Shown: one piece after another, positions 9,101 through 17,712 of the stretch
Layout of the letters: each line of letters opens with the position of its first letter
How positions within the stretch are numbered: the stretch's first letter is position 1
Origin: an uncultured Actinomycetes bacterium
GTDB lineage: Bacteria; Actinomycetota; Acidimicrobiia; IMCC26256; DASPTH01
Length of the DNA stretch: 64,000 bases
Direction of reading: 5' to 3'
NCBI GenBank assembly: GCA_963720785.1
Contig: CAVRGQ010000009.1
Coordinates: forward strand, 116,162-180,161
Notes under the pieces: generated by a model
The model's input: only the letters and a program-made list of their open reading frames with translations
The model's database searches: none
What the model was told of the DNA's origin: nothing
Position numbers and translations under genes: made by a program

Positions 9101-10365
9101 GACGCCACCCCACCGGTCCACGACGCCCCCAGGCGCGTGGCCAGCCGTCCGGGCACCACGCCCGTCCATCGCAGCGGCGCGCCGAGGTGCTCACGCACGA
9201 AGATGGGTTCGACGCTGAAGTCGTCGCGCATCGCCGGGACCACCGCGGCGATCTCCATGACCTGTCGGCGGATCATCCCGCCATCGGCACTCGTGCCGTC
9301 GTCGCGGTCGAGATGCACGACGACGTCGAGTGCCTCGGAGAACACCTTGCGCACCACACGCTCGGTAACGTTCTCGCCCGCCATCAGCGCGGCATTCACG
9401 AGCGCGTCGAGCGCCTCGGAGGCACTGTTCGCGTGCACGGTGCAGAGGAACCCGCAGCCTGCGTTGACCGCGCGAGACAGCTCGAACGCTTCGGCGCCTC
9501 GCACCTCGCCCACCACGATGCGGTCGGGACGCATCGCCAGCACGAACTTCACCAGATCGCGCAGGCTGATCTCGCCGGTGCCGTCGAGACCCGGCGGGCG
9601 CACCTCGTAGTACGAGCCGTGCGCAAGCGGCACGGCGAGCTCCCGGATCTCCTCGCACGCGCGGATGCAGTGGCCGGGTGGCACGGCCGCGAGCAACGCA
9701 CCGGCCATCGTCGTCTTGCCTGCGCCCGGCTCACCCGACACCGTGATGCGGCTCCGCACGCGCATGAGCGCGTCGAGGAAGGCGGCGGCGTCCTCGGTGA
9801 GCGAGTCACGCGCCACGAGGTCGGGCAGCCGGACGTCGCGCACGACGTACCGACGCAGCGTGGCGGACAACCGATCCCCGACGGGCGGGAGCGCCGCGGT
9901 GAGGCGCGCGGTCCCGCCGAGGACCCGGGCCTGCACGAGCGGGTGCTTCGCGTTCAACTGGCGGTCCGTCGCGGCGAGCAGTCGCTCGACGACGCGGCGG
10001 TTCTCGGCCTCACTGGTGGGCACCGCCAACCCGCGGAGCCGGCCGCCACCGTCGAGATAGGACACGCGTGCGCCCTCGAGGAAGATCTCCTCGACGTCGC
10101 GCCGGGCGAGGAGCTCGGTGAGCGGACCGAAGTCGGTGACCGCTCGGAGCAGTTGCTCGACGACGGTGTCGGGATCGGCGAGTGGCCGGGCCTCGCCCAG
10201 GTGGGCACGCTGTTGGTAGGCGGTGACCGCCTCGCGCACCTCGGCCCTGACCTGCTCCGCGTCGGTGTCGGGGCGCAGCCGTCGGCGTTCGAGCCGGTCG
10301 AGCACGTCGGCGCGGATCGCGTCGTACGCGCCCCCGGCACCAGCAACTTCTCCCGTGACCGTCAC
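9097..10365 (-). CDS. tadA: TadA/CpaF pilus assembly ATPase
   Basis: Intact 422 aa. Walker A SGEPGAGKTT, then RPDRIVVGEVRGAEA and the FLCTVHANSA His box. GTG start overlaps the tadZ stop. Confidence 0.9.
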   Translation of the reverse strand: MTVTGEVAGAGGAYDAIRADVLDRLERRRLRPDTDAEQVRAEVREAVTAYQQRAHLGEARPLADPDTVVEQLLRAVTDFGPLTELLARRDVEEIFLEGARVSYLDGGGRLRGLAVPTSEAENRRVVERLLAATDRQLNAKHPLVQARVLGGTARLTAALPPVGDRLSATLRRYVVRDVRLPDLVARDSLTEDAAAFLDALMRVRSRITVSGEPGAGKTTMAGALLAAVPPGHCIRACEEIRELAVPLAHGSYYEVRPPGLDGTGEISLRDLVKFVLAMRPDRIVVGEVRGAEAFELSRAVNAGCGFLCTVHANSASEALDALVNAALMAGENVTERVVRKVFSEALDVVVHLDRDDGTSADGGMIRRQVMEIAAVVPAMRDDFSVEPIFVREHLGAPLRWTGVVPGRLATRLGASWTGGVAS

Positions 10366-11537
10366 GACCGGCCTCCGCGTCGGCGGCGCGCCCGGCGCCG
10401 AGTCGGGTCGCCCGCGAGCAGTGCGGCGAGTACCCCGACCGACCGTGAGAAGGGACCATCACCGACGACGACGCCATCCCAGGCGGCGTCGCCGACCCGC
10501 GGGTCGTCGGGGACCACGTGGACCGACGAGACGCGGTCGAGCGCGCCCACCTCGGCCCGCAATTCGGCGACCCGGAACCGCCCCTGCGGTGCCCGGTTCA
10601 CCACGACGTGTGTCGCGTCTCGCGGGGCGCCCGCCAGTTCGCCCAGCGTGCCCGCCACGCGGGCAACGCCGAGCGGGGTGGGCGCAGTCACGAGGACGAG
10701 GGCCGCGTCCTCGGCCAGTCGGTCGCGCACCTCGCCGTCGGCCAACACGACCATGCGGCTGACGCCCGGACGGAGCGCGGCCACGACGTCGAGCACCTCA
10801 CGGGCCGAGACCTGTCCGGCCGAGGCCGCGTTGGGAAATCCGGTGAGGACGTGCAATCCACTGCGAGCAAGGGTCAGGACGCACTCGGCCGGGTCCTCGC
10901 CGCACAGCAACTCGTCGACCGCGCTGCGGAGGTTGGGGGTGAGCGGGAGTCCCAGCCGCACCGAGGTGCCCGCACCGCCCAGCCGGGCGTCGAGCAGCAA
11001 CGTGGAACCGCGGGCCGCGAGGTCGACACCCAGTGCGAGCGCCACCTCGGTGGCGCCACTGCCGGGCGAGCCGGTCACGACGATCGGTGCGTGCGTGATG
11101 GGGGCGACGCCGTCCGCGGCGTCGACACCGAAGCCGGGACTCTCCGGGCGCGCGCGGGTGCCCGCGGACCGCTGTGCGAACTGCTCCGTGACGACCGAGG
11201 CGATCTCGGCCGGCGACGCGTCGGCGGCGATGACCGCGTCGGCGCCCACCGCCAGCAGGTGGTCCTTGCCCGCGGGTTCCTCCGGGTCGAACACGCCGAC
11301 GACGAGCACCCGGCGGGCGTGCACGCGACCGACCAGCGCCGGGGTGAGCGAGGGCCAGCGGTCGCCGGAGACCAGCACGTCGAACTCCTCGTCGTCGAGC
11401 ACCGAGGGATCGACCACCAGCTGCCGCACCCGCGCGCCGCCGTGGTCGGCGAGGAAACGGTGTAGCTGCTCCACCCAGGGGTCCGGCGAGAACACCAGCG
11501 CGATCGAAGGTTCCACCGAAGGTTCGGAGCCGTGCAT
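10362..11537 (-). CDS. tadZ: TadZ/CpaE-like (Ssd-like) ParA/MinD-fold protein with a degenerate P-loop
   Basis: Receiver-like N-terminal half and an ATPase-fold C-terminal half. The P-loop region reads VVTGSPGSGATEVALALG, with no Lys. ATG at 11537 (residue 34 of ORF 10362-11636). Confidence 0.7.
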   Translation of the reverse strand: MHGSEPSVEPSIALVFSPDPWVEQLHRFLADHGGARVRQLVVDPSVLDDEEFDVLVSGDRWPSLTPALVGRVHARRVLVVGVFDPEEPAGKDHLLAVGADAVIAADASPAEIASVVTEQFAQRSAGTRARPESPGFGVDAADGVAPITHAPIVVTGSPGSGATEVALALGVDLAARGSTLLLDARLGGAGTSVRLGLPLTPNLRSAVDELLCGEDPAECVLTLARSGLHVLTGFPNAASAGQVSAREVLDVVAALRPGVSRMVVLADGEVRDRLAEDAALVLVTAPTPLGVARVAGTLGELAGAPRDATHVVVNRAPQGRFRVAELRAEVGALDRVSSVHVVPDDPRVGDAAWDGVVVGDGPFSRSVGVLAALLAGDPTRRRARRRRGGRS

Positions 11538-11538
11538 G

Positions 11539-12240
11539 TCAACGACTCCCGCTCGCGACACGGGACACCGGGTCGTCGGCCGTGGCGGGGTTGGTCGCGG
11601 GGGTCGCGCCCGTGGTGCGGGCGAGTGAGAGCCCACCGGAGACGACGGCGGCCGCGACGAGGCGCGACTGCGCCTCGTCGACCGCGACCGTCACGGTGAA
11701 CGGACTGGCGGAATCACCGATGCCGCCGCGACCCCGAGCGTCGACGGCGAGCACCTCCGCATCGGGGACGATGATGGCGACGCCGTCGTCGTCGGCGACG
11801 AGCACGTCGACGCGGTCACCCGCGGCCAGTCGGCCGCCAACCGCCCGGGCCGGATCGACCGGGATGCTGATCGCCCGCAGCCCGTCGCGCGCCGCCCGGG
11901 GGCGCAACACCCGACGGGGCACCAGCTCGCCCGGTTCGATCGTGGCCCCGGCGATGCGGCCGTCGACGGCAGGCAGGTCGACCGCGCCGACGAGGCGACT
12001 GAGGCCGGCCTCGCCGAGCGAGACCGAGGCGATCCGGAAGTCACGTCGGTGCACGCGCTCACCGGCGCGGATCTGGTGCTTCGCCACCGCCACCCGTTCG
12101 TCGCCCGGGCGGGTGCGCAACGCCCCGAAGGCGAGCACCGCCGCCGCCAGCCCGACCACCGTCATGAGCACGTGCCCGCGCGCCACACGGGGGCTGCGGA
12201 CGAGCCGGCGGTTCGGCTCGGTGGCTGGGCTGCTCGTCAT
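11539..12240 (-). CDS. cpaB: CpaB/RcpC-like Flp pilus assembly protein (N-terminal TM, SAF-like domain)
   Basis: GHVLMTVVGLAAAVLAFGAL TM segment, then VAVAKHQIRAGERVHRRDFRIASV and LRAISIPVDPARAVGGRLAAGDRVDVLV. ATG at 12240. Confidence 0.75.
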   Translation of the reverse strand: MTSSPATEPNRRLVRSPRVARGHVLMTVVGLAAAVLAFGALRTRPGDERVAVAKHQIRAGERVHRRDFRIASVSLGEAGLSRLVGAVDLPAVDGRIAGATIEPGELVPRRVLRPRAARDGLRAISIPVDPARAVGGRLAAGDRVDVLVADDDGVAIIVPDAEVLAVDARGRGGIGDSASPFTVTVAVDEAQSRLVAAAVVSGGLSLARTTGATPATNPATADDPVSRVASGSR

Positions 12241-12298
12241 GGTCGCTCGCTCCGTTCGAGGATCCGGATCGTGTCCGCTTTGTCCGAAGTGTCGAGAG

Positions 12299-12349
12299 AG
12301 TATGCGCGATCGGCAAGAAAAGGTCAAGAGCCGCGTATCGGGCTACACT
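12299..12349. promoter_or_regulatory. Candidate back-to-back promoters for the tad operon (minus) and the HTH gene (plus)
   Basis: Minus strand: TTGACC (12322-12327), 17 nt spacer, CATACT (12299-12304), about 50 nt before the cpaB ATG. Plus strand: TACACT (12344-12349) ends 7 nt before the GTG at 12357, suggesting a leaderless mRNA. Pattern match only. Confidence 0.35.
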
Positions 12350-12356
12350 CGCGGAC

Positions 12357-12632
12357 GTGGCCGACCAGGCGTTCCCTCCGGTGCTGACGGCGGCGATGGC
12401 CGCCGAGCTGCTGCAGGTGCACGTGGAGTACCTGCGCAAGCTGGTGCGCGAGGGCGTGGTCCCTGCCCACCGCTTCCCCGGTGGCCGGGAGCTGCGGTTC
12501 CTCCGCGACGAGCTCCTGGCGTGGCTCGCCGCTCTCCCCGGACCCGCCGCCGATCCCCGGCAGGGCGATCCCCGGCAGGGCGCTCAGCCGCCCGACGGGC
12601 GGAGCCACGCCAACGCGCCCATCGGCACGTAG
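12357..12632 (+). CDS. Small excisionase/MerR-like HTH (HTH_17-type) DNA-binding protein
   Basis: VLTAAMAAELLQVHVEYLRKLVREGVVPAHRFPGGRELRFLRDELLAWLAA. The tail contains DPRQG-DPRQG from a 15 bp tandem repeat at 12552-12581. Confidence 0.7.
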   Translation: MADQAFPPVLTAAMAAELLQVHVEYLRKLVREGVVPAHRFPGGRELRFLRDELLAWLAALPGPAADPRQGDPRQGAQPPDGRSHANAPIGT

Positions 12633-13150
12633 ACCGCGTTCGCATCGGCCCCGACCACCACGTGGTCGCCGCCCACCGACACGGCACCGGCGACCAGTTC
12701 GCCCGTCGTGAGCCCGGCGGCGCACGGGGCCTGCGCCACCTCGAGCTCGAGCAACCGGGCCCGCCACGTGGCGGGCGCGTCGGGATCGCCGCCACGCCCA
12801 CCGCGGGGTGAGCGCTCGACGACCCGCACCACGGGTGCCGCCGTCGTCACCGGCAGCTCGACCACCCCACCGGGGCCTTCGAGGCGACACCAGTCCTCCC
12901 CCACGTGCGCGACCACCCCTCGCACCGCCGGCAGCCCGCGGCACGCTCCGGCGCCGTCACCGAGCAGCACCTCGTCGCCGCGGTGCATCACCGCGTGGAG
13001 GACGTCGACGAGCGTGCGCCCGTGACGGAAGTGCTCCAGTGCGGCGAGCGACCACTCCTCCTCGTCGGCGCGCCACTCGCGGCGCAGCTCCGCGGCGCGG
13101 GCTCGCAGGTCGTCGTCGAGGGGCAGTTCGTCGCGCATCTCCGCACACAC
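12584..13150 (-). CDS. Hypothetical protein (alternative start at 13138)
   Basis: 188 aa ORF with coding-like composition and no recognised motif. Its 3-prime end overlaps the HTH gene by 49 nt. Confidence 0.4.
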   Translation of the reverse strand: MCAEMRDELPLDDDLRARAAELRREWRADEEEWSLAALEHFRHGRTLVDVLHAVMHRGDEVLLGDGAGACRGLPAVRGVVAHVGEDWCRLEGPGGVVELPVTTAAPVVRVVERSPRGGRGGDPDAPATWRARLLELEVAQAPCAAGLTTGELVAGAVSVGGDHVVVGADANAVYVPMGALAWLRPSGG

Positions 13151-13249
13151 GTCCGACGTGCGTCGGCGTCACGCGCCGCAGCGGCTCGCGCCGCCACTGA
13201 CGTAGCCTCCGCGCACGCACGAACGTGCACGGCAACGAGGGGGAACACG

Positions 13250-14179
13250 ATGGCGGTGGAGGACTTCCGGAGCGTCGGCCAACGGCTGAGCAACTGGGGC
13301 CGGTGGGGCGACGACGACGAGCGCGGCACCACCAACCTCGTCACGCCCGAGCGCATGGTGCGCGCCGCGTCGATGGTGCGCAGCGGCAAGGTGTTCAGCC
13401 TCGGCATCCCGTTCGACGAGTCGGGCCCGCAGCAGGGCGGCGGCATCCGCTCCAACCCGCTGCACCTGATGACCGCGACCGGGCAGGCGCAGGACCACCT
13501 GCCCGGCGGCTTCCGCTACGCCGACGACTACGTGGTGATGCCCCTGCAGTGCGCCACGCAGTGGGACGGCCTCGCCCACGTGTTCTACGACGAGCAGCTC
13601 TACAACGGCTTCCCCGCGAGCGACGTCACGCCGCGCGGCGCGCTCCACAACGGCATCGAGGGGCAGGGCGAGGGCATCGCCGGGCGTGGTGTGCTGCTCG
13701 ACATTGCCGCGCTCGAGGGCGTCGACTGGTTGCCCGGCGGCTTCGTGATCACGCCCGAGCACCTCGAGGCCGCGATCGCCCGGCAGGGCGGCGTCGACGT
13801 GGGCGCCGGCGACATCCTCCTGTTCCGCACCGGCTGGCGGCGCATGCTCGTCGAGACCGGCGACAAGGAGGCGTTCATGAAGTCGGAGCCGGGCATCGGC
13901 GTGGAGTGCTGCGAGTGGTTGCGCGAGCGCGACGTCGCGGCGATCGCGAGCGACAACTTCGCGATCGAGCCGATCCCGCCGCAGGAGGGCGCGGGCTTCA
14001 TGTGGGTGCACATGGTGCTCATCCGCGACCTCGGCATGACCCTCGGCGAGATCTTCGACCTCGACGCGCTCGCCGCCGACTGCGAGGCCGACGGTCAATG
14101 GGATTTCTTCTTCACCGCGCCCGTGCTCAAGGTCACCCGGGCGGTCGGCTCCCCCATCAACCCGCTCGCGATCAAGTAG
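13250..14179 (+). CDS. Cyclase family protein (kynurenine formamidase-like fold)
   Basis: LSNWGRWGDDDERGTTNL..., MPLQCATQWDGLAHVFY, DNFAIEP. ATG at 13250 (residue 116 of ORF 12905-14179). Confidence 0.8.
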   Translation: MAVEDFRSVGQRLSNWGRWGDDDERGTTNLVTPERMVRAASMVRSGKVFSLGIPFDESGPQQGGGIRSNPLHLMTATGQAQDHLPGGFRYADDYVVMPLQCATQWDGLAHVFYDEQLYNGFPASDVTPRGALHNGIEGQGEGIAGRGVLLDIAALEGVDWLPGGFVITPEHLEAAIARQGGVDVGAGDILLFRTGWRRMLVETGDKEAFMKSEPGIGVECCEWLRERDVAAIASDNFAIEPIPPQEGAGFMWVHMVLIRDLGMTLGEIFDLDALAADCEADGQWDFFFTAPVLKVTRAVGSPINPLAIK

Positions 14180-14189
14180 GAGACGCACC

Positions 14190-14669
14190 GTGAGCCCACT
14201 TCCCTCGGCCCTCCCTTCCGGCGACGACGAACGCGAGATCCGCCGGCTCATCGAGACGTACGCGCGCGGCGCGGACCGTCGCCAGCCTGCACTCACTGCA
14301 TCGGTGTTCACCGACGACGGCGTGCTCCAGATCTACGACGGTGACCCGAACGAGGGCGGCACGCTCAACCGCGAGCGCCAGGGCCGCGCCGAGATCGAGA
14401 CCGCGATGGGCGGCCTCGCGCGCTACCGCGTCACCTCACACGGGCTGGCGCAGAGCACGATCGACGTGCGCGGCAGTGAGGCGGAGAGCGAGACCTACTG
14501 CGTCGCCCACCACCTCACCGACCACGAGGACGGAACGGTCAGCGACCGCGTGATGTTCATCCGCTACCTCGACGACTGGATCCGCACCTCCGACGGTTGG
14601 CGCCTCGCCCGCCGTCGCCTCGCCGTCGACTGGATCGACACGAGGAGCGTCGACCACCCCTCCGAGTAG
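14190..14669 (+). CDS. SnoaL-like / NTF2 superfamily protein
   Basis: DEREIRRLIETYARGADRRQPALTASVFTDDGVL ... YLDDWIRTSDGWRLARRRL. Confidence 0.65.
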   Translation: MSPLPSALPSGDDEREIRRLIETYARGADRRQPALTASVFTDDGVLQIYDGDPNEGGTLNRERQGRAEIETAMGGLARYRVTSHGLAQSTIDVRGSEAESETYCVAHHLTDHEDGTVSDRVMFIRYLDDWIRTSDGWRLARRRLAVDWIDTRSVDHPSE

Positions 14670-14679
14670 CCGGGTCCGG

Positions 14680-15435
14680 TCAGAGGCCGGAGCCCCGGCC
14701 GTGGACTTCGTTGCCGGGGAGGTCCATGACGATCGGCGGATCACCGATGCGGTGCGACACCACTTCGCCGTGCCGGTCGGAGGTGAGCAGCGCTTCGACG
14801 GTCTCGCCGAGCTGATCGGCGGTGAGCATCGGCGCCATGCCCTCGGCGCCGAGATCCACGTTGTCGGGGTCGTCGAACATGAGGCCGGTGACCACCCCAC
14901 CGGGGCAGATCGCGTTGATGCGGACGCCGCGGGCACCGAGGTCGTCGGCGGTGCTGCGCACCAGGCCCACGATCGCGTGCTTGGTCATCGCGTAGATCGG
15001 GTTCATGGCGAGCGGGCCGATGCCCGACGACGACGAGGTGCACACCACCGAGCCACCTGAGGCCTCGAGCAGCGGGAGCGCGGCGACCAGCCCGAAGTAC
15101 ACGCCGTCGACGTTGACCGCGAAGTACTGGCGGTAGCGCGCCGCGCTCACCGAGTCGACCGTCACCGCGTCGCGGTCGAAGATCCCCGCGTTGAGGTGCA
15201 GGAAGTCGAGGCGGTCGAAGGTGGCGATCAGCGCCTTCCACGCCGCGGGATCGCTCACGTCGAGGTGCACGTAGGTGCCCCCGATCGCCGCGGCCTCCGC
15301 CGCACCCTTGTCGTCCTGGACGTCGGCGACGGTCACCGCCGCGCCGCGCGCCGCCAGGCGCCGCGCCACCGACCGACCAATGCCGGATGCCGCCCCGGTG
15401 ACCAGCGCGACCTTGCCGTCGAGATCTCCACTCAT
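14680..15435 (-). CDS. SDR family oxidoreductase
   Basis: KVALVTGAASGIGRSVA glycine motif, NAG, and the YAMTKHAI catalytic motif. Confidence 0.85.
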   Translation of the reverse strand: MSGDLDGKVALVTGAASGIGRSVARRLAARGAAVTVADVQDDKGAAEAAAIGGTYVHLDVSDPAAWKALIATFDRLDFLHLNAGIFDRDAVTVDSVSAARYRQYFAVNVDGVYFGLVAALPLLEASGGSVVCTSSSSGIGPLAMNPIYAMTKHAIVGLVRSTADDLGARGVRINAICPGGVVTGLMFDDPDNVDLGAEGMAPMLTADQLGETVEALLTSDRHGEVVSHRIGDPPIVMDLPGNEVHGRGSGL

Positions 15436-15485
15436 GGCGTCTCCCTTCGTGGTGGTGCACCCTACGGCGGGGGTACCGTCGCCGC

Positions 15486-16285
15486 ATGTTCCACTACGAG
15501 GTGCGCGAAGGCGTCGCGGTCATGACCATCGACCGGCCCGAGGCGCGCAACGCCATCGACACGGAGACCTCCGAGGGGCTCGTCGCGGCGAAGGAACGGA
15601 TCGATGCCGATCCCACGATCGTCGTCGGCGTGGTGACCGGCACCGTCGACGGCCCCGCCGGCAGCCGGCCGATGTTCAGCGCGGGTGCAGATCTCAAGGA
15701 GCTCCGTGATCGCCGCTTCGGAAGCGGCGTGGGTGGAGAAGGCACCGACTCGCGGACCCACCACCTCGCCGCACTCCTCGAGAGCGAGCGCACCACGCCG
15801 TGGATCGCCGCAGTCGACGGGCCCGCGCTCGCAGGCGGCTGTGAGCTGGTGTTGTGGTGCGACCTCGTCGTCGCGTCGACCCGCGCGTCGTTCGGCATCC
15901 CCGAGGTGAAGCGCTGCCTCGTCGCCGGCGCAGGCGGCGTGTTCCGCCTGGCCCGCAAGATCCCCGTGAACGTGGCGATGGAGTGCGCGCTCACCGGCGA
16001 CCCGATGACCGCCGAGCGGGCCCACGAGGTCGGCCTGGTCAACGAGCTGGTCGAGCCCGGTCAGGCCCTCCCCGCGCGCTCGAGCTCGCGGCGCGCATCG
16101 CGGTGAACGCACCGCTCGCCGTCGCCACGTCGCGGAAGGTGCTGCTCGAGACGTTCGCGATGCCCGACACCGACGCGTTCGAGCACTCGATGAACTCGGT
16201 GCGCTTCCTCATGGGCAGCGAGGACTACAAGGAGGGCCTCGACGCCTTCGTCGAGAAGCGCCCTCCCGTCTGGAAGGGCAGGTAG
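15486..16285 (+). CDS. Enoyl-CoA hydratase/isomerase (crotonase). Frame broken at the C-run 16070-16073.
   Basis: VAVMTIDRPEARNAI, FSAGADLKEL, GPALAGGCELVLWCDL. The C-terminus (ALELAARIAVNAPLAV...DYKEGLDAFVEKRPPVWKGR) is in the 15854-16285 frame. Confidence 0.75.
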
Positions 16286-16745
16286 GTGGGCGCTTCGACG
16301 CCCGCCGACGACCGGCTCGCAGTCGCCGAGGCCCTGTACCGCTACGCGCTCGGTGTCGACACCCGCGACTGGCCGCTGTACCGCGGCGCAGTTCGCCGAT
16401 CGCGTGCGGGTCGACTTCTCCGACCTCACCGGGATGCCGGCCAGCGAGGTTGCGGCCGACGACTACGTCGCGGCGGTCCGCCCGCTCTTCGACCGCCTGC
16501 ACGCCACCCACCACCTGATGACGAACCCGCTCGTCGACCTCGCCGCCGACGGCGTGACCGCCCGCATCCGCATGTACGTGCAGGCGACCCACGTGGGCGA
16601 CCCGCACGACCCGACATCGGTGTTCACCGTGGGCGGCTGCTACCAGAACGACCTCGTGCGCGCGGCCGACCGCTGGCTGCTCACCGGCGTGAAGCTCTCC
16701 GTGTCGTGGACGAGCGGCGACCCGTCGGTCCTCACCCCTACCTGA
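16286..16745 (+). CDS. SnoaL-like / NTF2 superfamily protein. Frame broken near 16385.
   Basis: DRLAVAEALYRYALGVDTRDWPLYR joins AQFADRVRVDFSDLTGMP...VGGCYQNDLVRAADRWLLTGVKL (16353-16745 frame). Confidence 0.55.
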
Positions 16746-16860
16746 TGGTCGACGCCGCTCCGCCCTCCCGCTCATCCGAGCAGGGCTCCGCTACGACTCC
16801 CCTGATGGTCGACGCCGCTCCGCCCTCCCGCTCATCCGAGCAGGGCTCCGCTACGACTCC
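16741..16860. repeat. Perfect 60 bp tandem duplication (2 copies)
   Basis: 16741-16800 and 16801-16860 are identical base for base (cctgatggtcgacgccgctccgccctcccgctcatccgagcagggctccgctacgactcc). Copy 1 carries the stop of the SnoaL gene and copy 2 the stop of the convergent SDR gene. Confidence 0.95.
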
Positions 16861-17651
16861 TGGATCCAGGCCACCTGCGCGTCCATGAACGCCTCGGGGT
16901 CGGTGGCCTTGCGCACGAGGATGTCGTGCACCGCCTCGCCGTGCGGGATCAGCAGGAAGCGGTCGTCGCGCACCGCCTGCACCACGAGGTCGCCGAGCTC
17001 GGCGGCGTCCATGATCGGCAGGTCGGGCGACTTCACCGGCCCCATCTCGCCGTGGAAGGCGATCTGCTCGATCACGTTGGTGGCCGTCGGCCCCGGGCAC
17101 AGCAGCGTGACCCCCACGCCCTGGGGCCGCAGGTACAGCGCCATCGACTCCGTGAGCGCCACCACCGCGCCCTTGCTCGCGCCGTAGGGCATGCGGTCGT
17201 AGTTGTACGGGTAGAGGCCGGCGGTCGAGGCAGTGTTCACCACGTGGCCCGAGCCCTGCTCGATCAGGAGGGGGAGGAACACGAGGTTCGAGCGCACGTA
17301 CGACAGCAGGTTGGTGTCGAGGATGCGCACCCATTCCTCGATCGGGATGTTCAGCGGCAGACCGGCCGCGAGCACCCCCACGTTGTTCATCACCACGTCG
17401 ACCCGCCCGAACGCATCGAGCGTGGCGTCGCGCAGGCGGGCGAAGTCGTCGTCGGACCGCACGTCGGTGGGCACGCCGATCCCACCGACTCCGACCTCCC
17501 GGGCCTCGCGCGCCACCGCCTCGCAGCGGGCGGCGTCGAGGTCGGCCACCACCACGTTCGCCCCCGCCCGGGCGAACGCCAGCACGCTGGCCCGCCCGAT
17601 GCCGCTGCCCCCGCCCGTCACCACTGCCGTTCGTCCCTGAAGCTCCTGCAT
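16851..17651 (-). CDS. SDR family oxidoreductase
   Basis: TAVVTGGGSGIGRA, NNVG, YGASKGAV. Confidence 0.85.
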   Translation of the reverse strand: MQELQGRTAVVTGGGSGIGRASVLAFARAGANVVVADLDAARCEAVAREAREVGVGGIGVPTDVRSDDDFARLRDATLDAFGRVDVVMNNVGVLAAGLPLNIPIEEWVRILDTNLLSYVRSNLVFLPLLIEQGSGHVVNTASTAGLYPYNYDRMPYGASKGAVVALTESMALYLRPQGVGVTLLCPGPTATNVIEQIAFHGEMGPVKSPDLPIMDAAELGDLVVQAVRDDRFLLIPHGEAVHDILVRKATDPEAFMDAQVAWIQES

Positions 17652-17712
17652 CGGACCTGTTTACAATGCCCACGCCCCCACCCGCCTCCCGGGAGCCGGC
17701 AGGAAGGAACCC

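Noticed and set aside
12357-13150. The excisionase-like HTH as evidence for a prophage or integrative element.
   Set aside because: No integrase, att-like direct repeats, phage genes or tRNA target occur in the neighbourhood. The flanking genes are ordinary chromosomal types.
16741-16860. The 60 bp repeat as a possible CRISPR array or a mobile-element end.
   Set aside because: There are only two directly abutting copies with no spacers. No cas genes, transposase or inverted terminal repeats are present.
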